This document shows, piece by piece, positions 34,817-36,180 of a stretch of 36,180 nt of DNA (position 1 is the stretch's first letter; every line of letters starts with the position of its first letter). The stretch lies in contig CASECL010000032.1 in NCBI GenBank assembly GCA_949286445.1, positions 1 to 36,180 of the forward strand. Reading direction: 5' to 3'. The position numbers and the translations under genes are program-made. Under the pieces are notes generated by a model. That model searched no databases and was not told the DNA's origin. It worked only from the letters and a program-made list of their open reading frames with translations. This DNA comes from an uncultured bacterium. GTDB taxonomy: Bacteria > Verrucomicrobiota > Lentisphaeria > Victivallales > Victivallaceae.

Positions 34817-36097
34817 ATGAGCAGAAGAAAAAAACGTAATCAGAATTTTGAACTTACCCCTTTGCAGCGGGATGCGCTCCGGCATCTCGGCGGCCCGGCG
34901 GATTATACTCTTCTCTATGGCGGATCACGTTCCGGTAAGACTTTTGTGCTGGTTTACGCATTGCTGGTGCGGGCATTGAAAGCTCCAGGCAGCCGCCACG
35001 CCGTACTCCGCTGGCACGGAAACGCCGCCAGGCAGGCCGTCTGGATGGATACTTTACCCAAGGTGATGAAATGCGCGTTTCCGGAGCTGAGAGTGGAAAA
35101 TAACCGCACTGACGGTTTTCTGCGCCTGGATAACGGCTCGGAAATCTGGTTTGCCGGACTGGATGAGGCGGAAAGTCCGGACCGGATTCTGGGGCGGGAA
35201 TTTGCCACGCTGTATTTCAATGAGTGTTCTGAGCTGAATTACTCTGCTGTGTCTCTGGCATTGAGCCGGCTGGCTCAGAAGACATCTTTGAAGCCGAGAG
35301 GTTATTTTGACTGCAATCCCACCGGGAAAAGCCACTGGACTTATCTGCTTTTTGTTGAAAAAATCGATCCGGTGTCCCGGCAGAAACTGATTTTTCCGGA
35401 TAATTACTTTGCCATGCAGCTTAACCCGGATTCCAACCGGGCGAATTTGCCGCCGGATTATATCGAAAAAACTCTTGCCGGATTGCCGGAACGGGAACGC
35501 CGGCGTTTTCTTGAAGGGCGTTTTTCAGATGATCTGGAGGGGGCCTTGTGGTCGTATTCACTGCTGGAACAATGCCGGATTGACCGGGATCGTCTGCCGG
35601 TGATGACCAGAACTGTTGTCGGAGTGGATCCGGCGGTATGCAGTTCGCCGGATGCCGACAATACCGGAATTGTTGTCTGCGGTTCCGGAGCGGATGAAAA
35701 ATTCTATGTTCTGGCGGATTGTTCATGCCGGGGCAGGGCGGAGGTCTGGGCAGAACAGGCGGTTCGCGCTTACCGGAAATACAATGCCTCAAAACTGGTT
35801 TGCGAAGTCAATAACGGAGGTGAACTTTTTGAACACCTTTTTCAACGTATGGGACTGGATGTTAATTTTCATCCGGTAAGAGCCGTGAAAGATAAATACG
35901 CCCGAGCTGAACCGGCCGCCGCTCTTTATCAGCGTAAACTGGTACGCCACGCCGGAATCTTCCCGGAACTGGAAGAAGAGATGTGTTCTTATGTTCCCGG
36001 ACATTTTTCCGGCAGTCCGGATCGGATGGATGCTCTGGTCTGGGCTTTACACGAACTGGCACTTTCTCCCGTCGGAAACCGATGGATCACTGCTTGA
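34817..36097 (+). CDS. Phage terminase large subunit (Terminase_6/PBSX XtmB-like; GTA-type size)
   Basis: RBS aggaga. Walker A LYGGSRSGKT; Walker B/coupling LYFNECSE; nuclease-domain acidic motifs VVGVDPA and DRMDALVWALHEL. At 426 aa it is typical of small PBSX/GTA-type TerL proteins. Confidence 0.8.
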   Translation: MSRRKKRNQNFELTPLQRDALRHLGGPADYTLLYGGSRSGKTFVLVYALLVRALKAPGSRHAVLRWHGNAARQAVWMDTLPKVMKCAFPELRVENNRTDGFLRLDNGSEIWFAGLDEAESPDRILGREFATLYFNECSELNYSAVSLALSRLAQKTSLKPRGYFDCNPTGKSHWTYLLFVEKIDPVSRQKLIFPDNYFAMQLNPDSNRANLPPDYIEKTLAGLPERERRRFLEGRFSDDLEGALWSYSLLEQCRIDRDRLPVMTRTVVGVDPAVCSSPDADNTGIVVCGSGADEKFYVLADCSCRGRAEVWAEQAVRAYRKYNASKLVCEVNNGGELFEHLFQRMGLDVNFHPVRAVKDKYARAEPAAALYQRKLVRHAGIFPELEEEMCSYVPGHFSGSPDRMDALVWALHELALSPVGNRWITA

Positions 36098-36180
36098 GAA
36101 TGGTGGAAAAAAGATAAAAAAATAACTTTTCAATATGGTATTTTCACAGCCATCCCATAGGAAAAGAAAAAGTTGAAAGA

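Overview
This is a 36.2-kb chromosomal segment from a Gram-negative bacterium that makes LPS and degrades polysaccharides. Its gene content and Shine-Dalgarno usage fit a PVC-superphylum or Bacteroidota-like lineage, but I cannot pin the taxon down from sequence alone.

The window has three parts.

1. Positions 383-5470 and 10260-14576 carry minus-strand CAZyme genes. These are GH28, an SGNH/GDSL esterase, a LamG-fold protein, an unknown 570-aa secreted protein, GH95 and a PF12831-type FAD oxidoreductase. Together they look like a pectin/rhamnogalacturonan side-chain utilisation locus.

2. A housekeeping core runs through rph, dnaX, ybaB, recR, truA, a HAD phosphatase, a stand-alone 5'-3' exonuclease and lpxB. 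It continues with nfeD, a flotillin gene, an ACT-domain protein gene, argF, pyrH, lpxA, an orphan ABC substrate-binding lipoprotein and a type IIA topoisomerase B/A pair.

3. An arnB-arnT-arnC lipid-A/glycolipid aminosugar-transfer cassette is nested between the lpx genes. It has no arnA or arnD in the window.

I found no rRNA, tRNA, CRISPR array or IS element by eye.

The most notable observations are these:

- dnaX (a): it carries an A9 tract at codons 417-420, exactly at the expected tau/gamma boundary. A perfect 8-bp GC-rich hairpin ends 2 nt upstream of it. Both alternative frames terminate at once (a TAA abuts the run in +1; a TGA follows 12 codons into -1).
- dnaX (b): this is the signature of a programmed transcriptional-slippage or frameshift site that would make a truncated gamma subunit.
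- A phage-type large terminase gene starts 57 nt after the topoisomerase A-subunit gene at the very edge of the window. It may mark the start of a prophage, GTA or tailocin module.
- An arn-like cassette with an ArnB almost identical to the proteobacterial enzyme, but no arnA or arnD.
- Long acidic low-complexity insertions (about 200 and 350 aa) sit in both DnaX and the topoisomerase A subunit.

No obvious self-contained novel defence-type system is visible. I rate the candidates above as the most worthwhile follow-ups rather than forcing a call.
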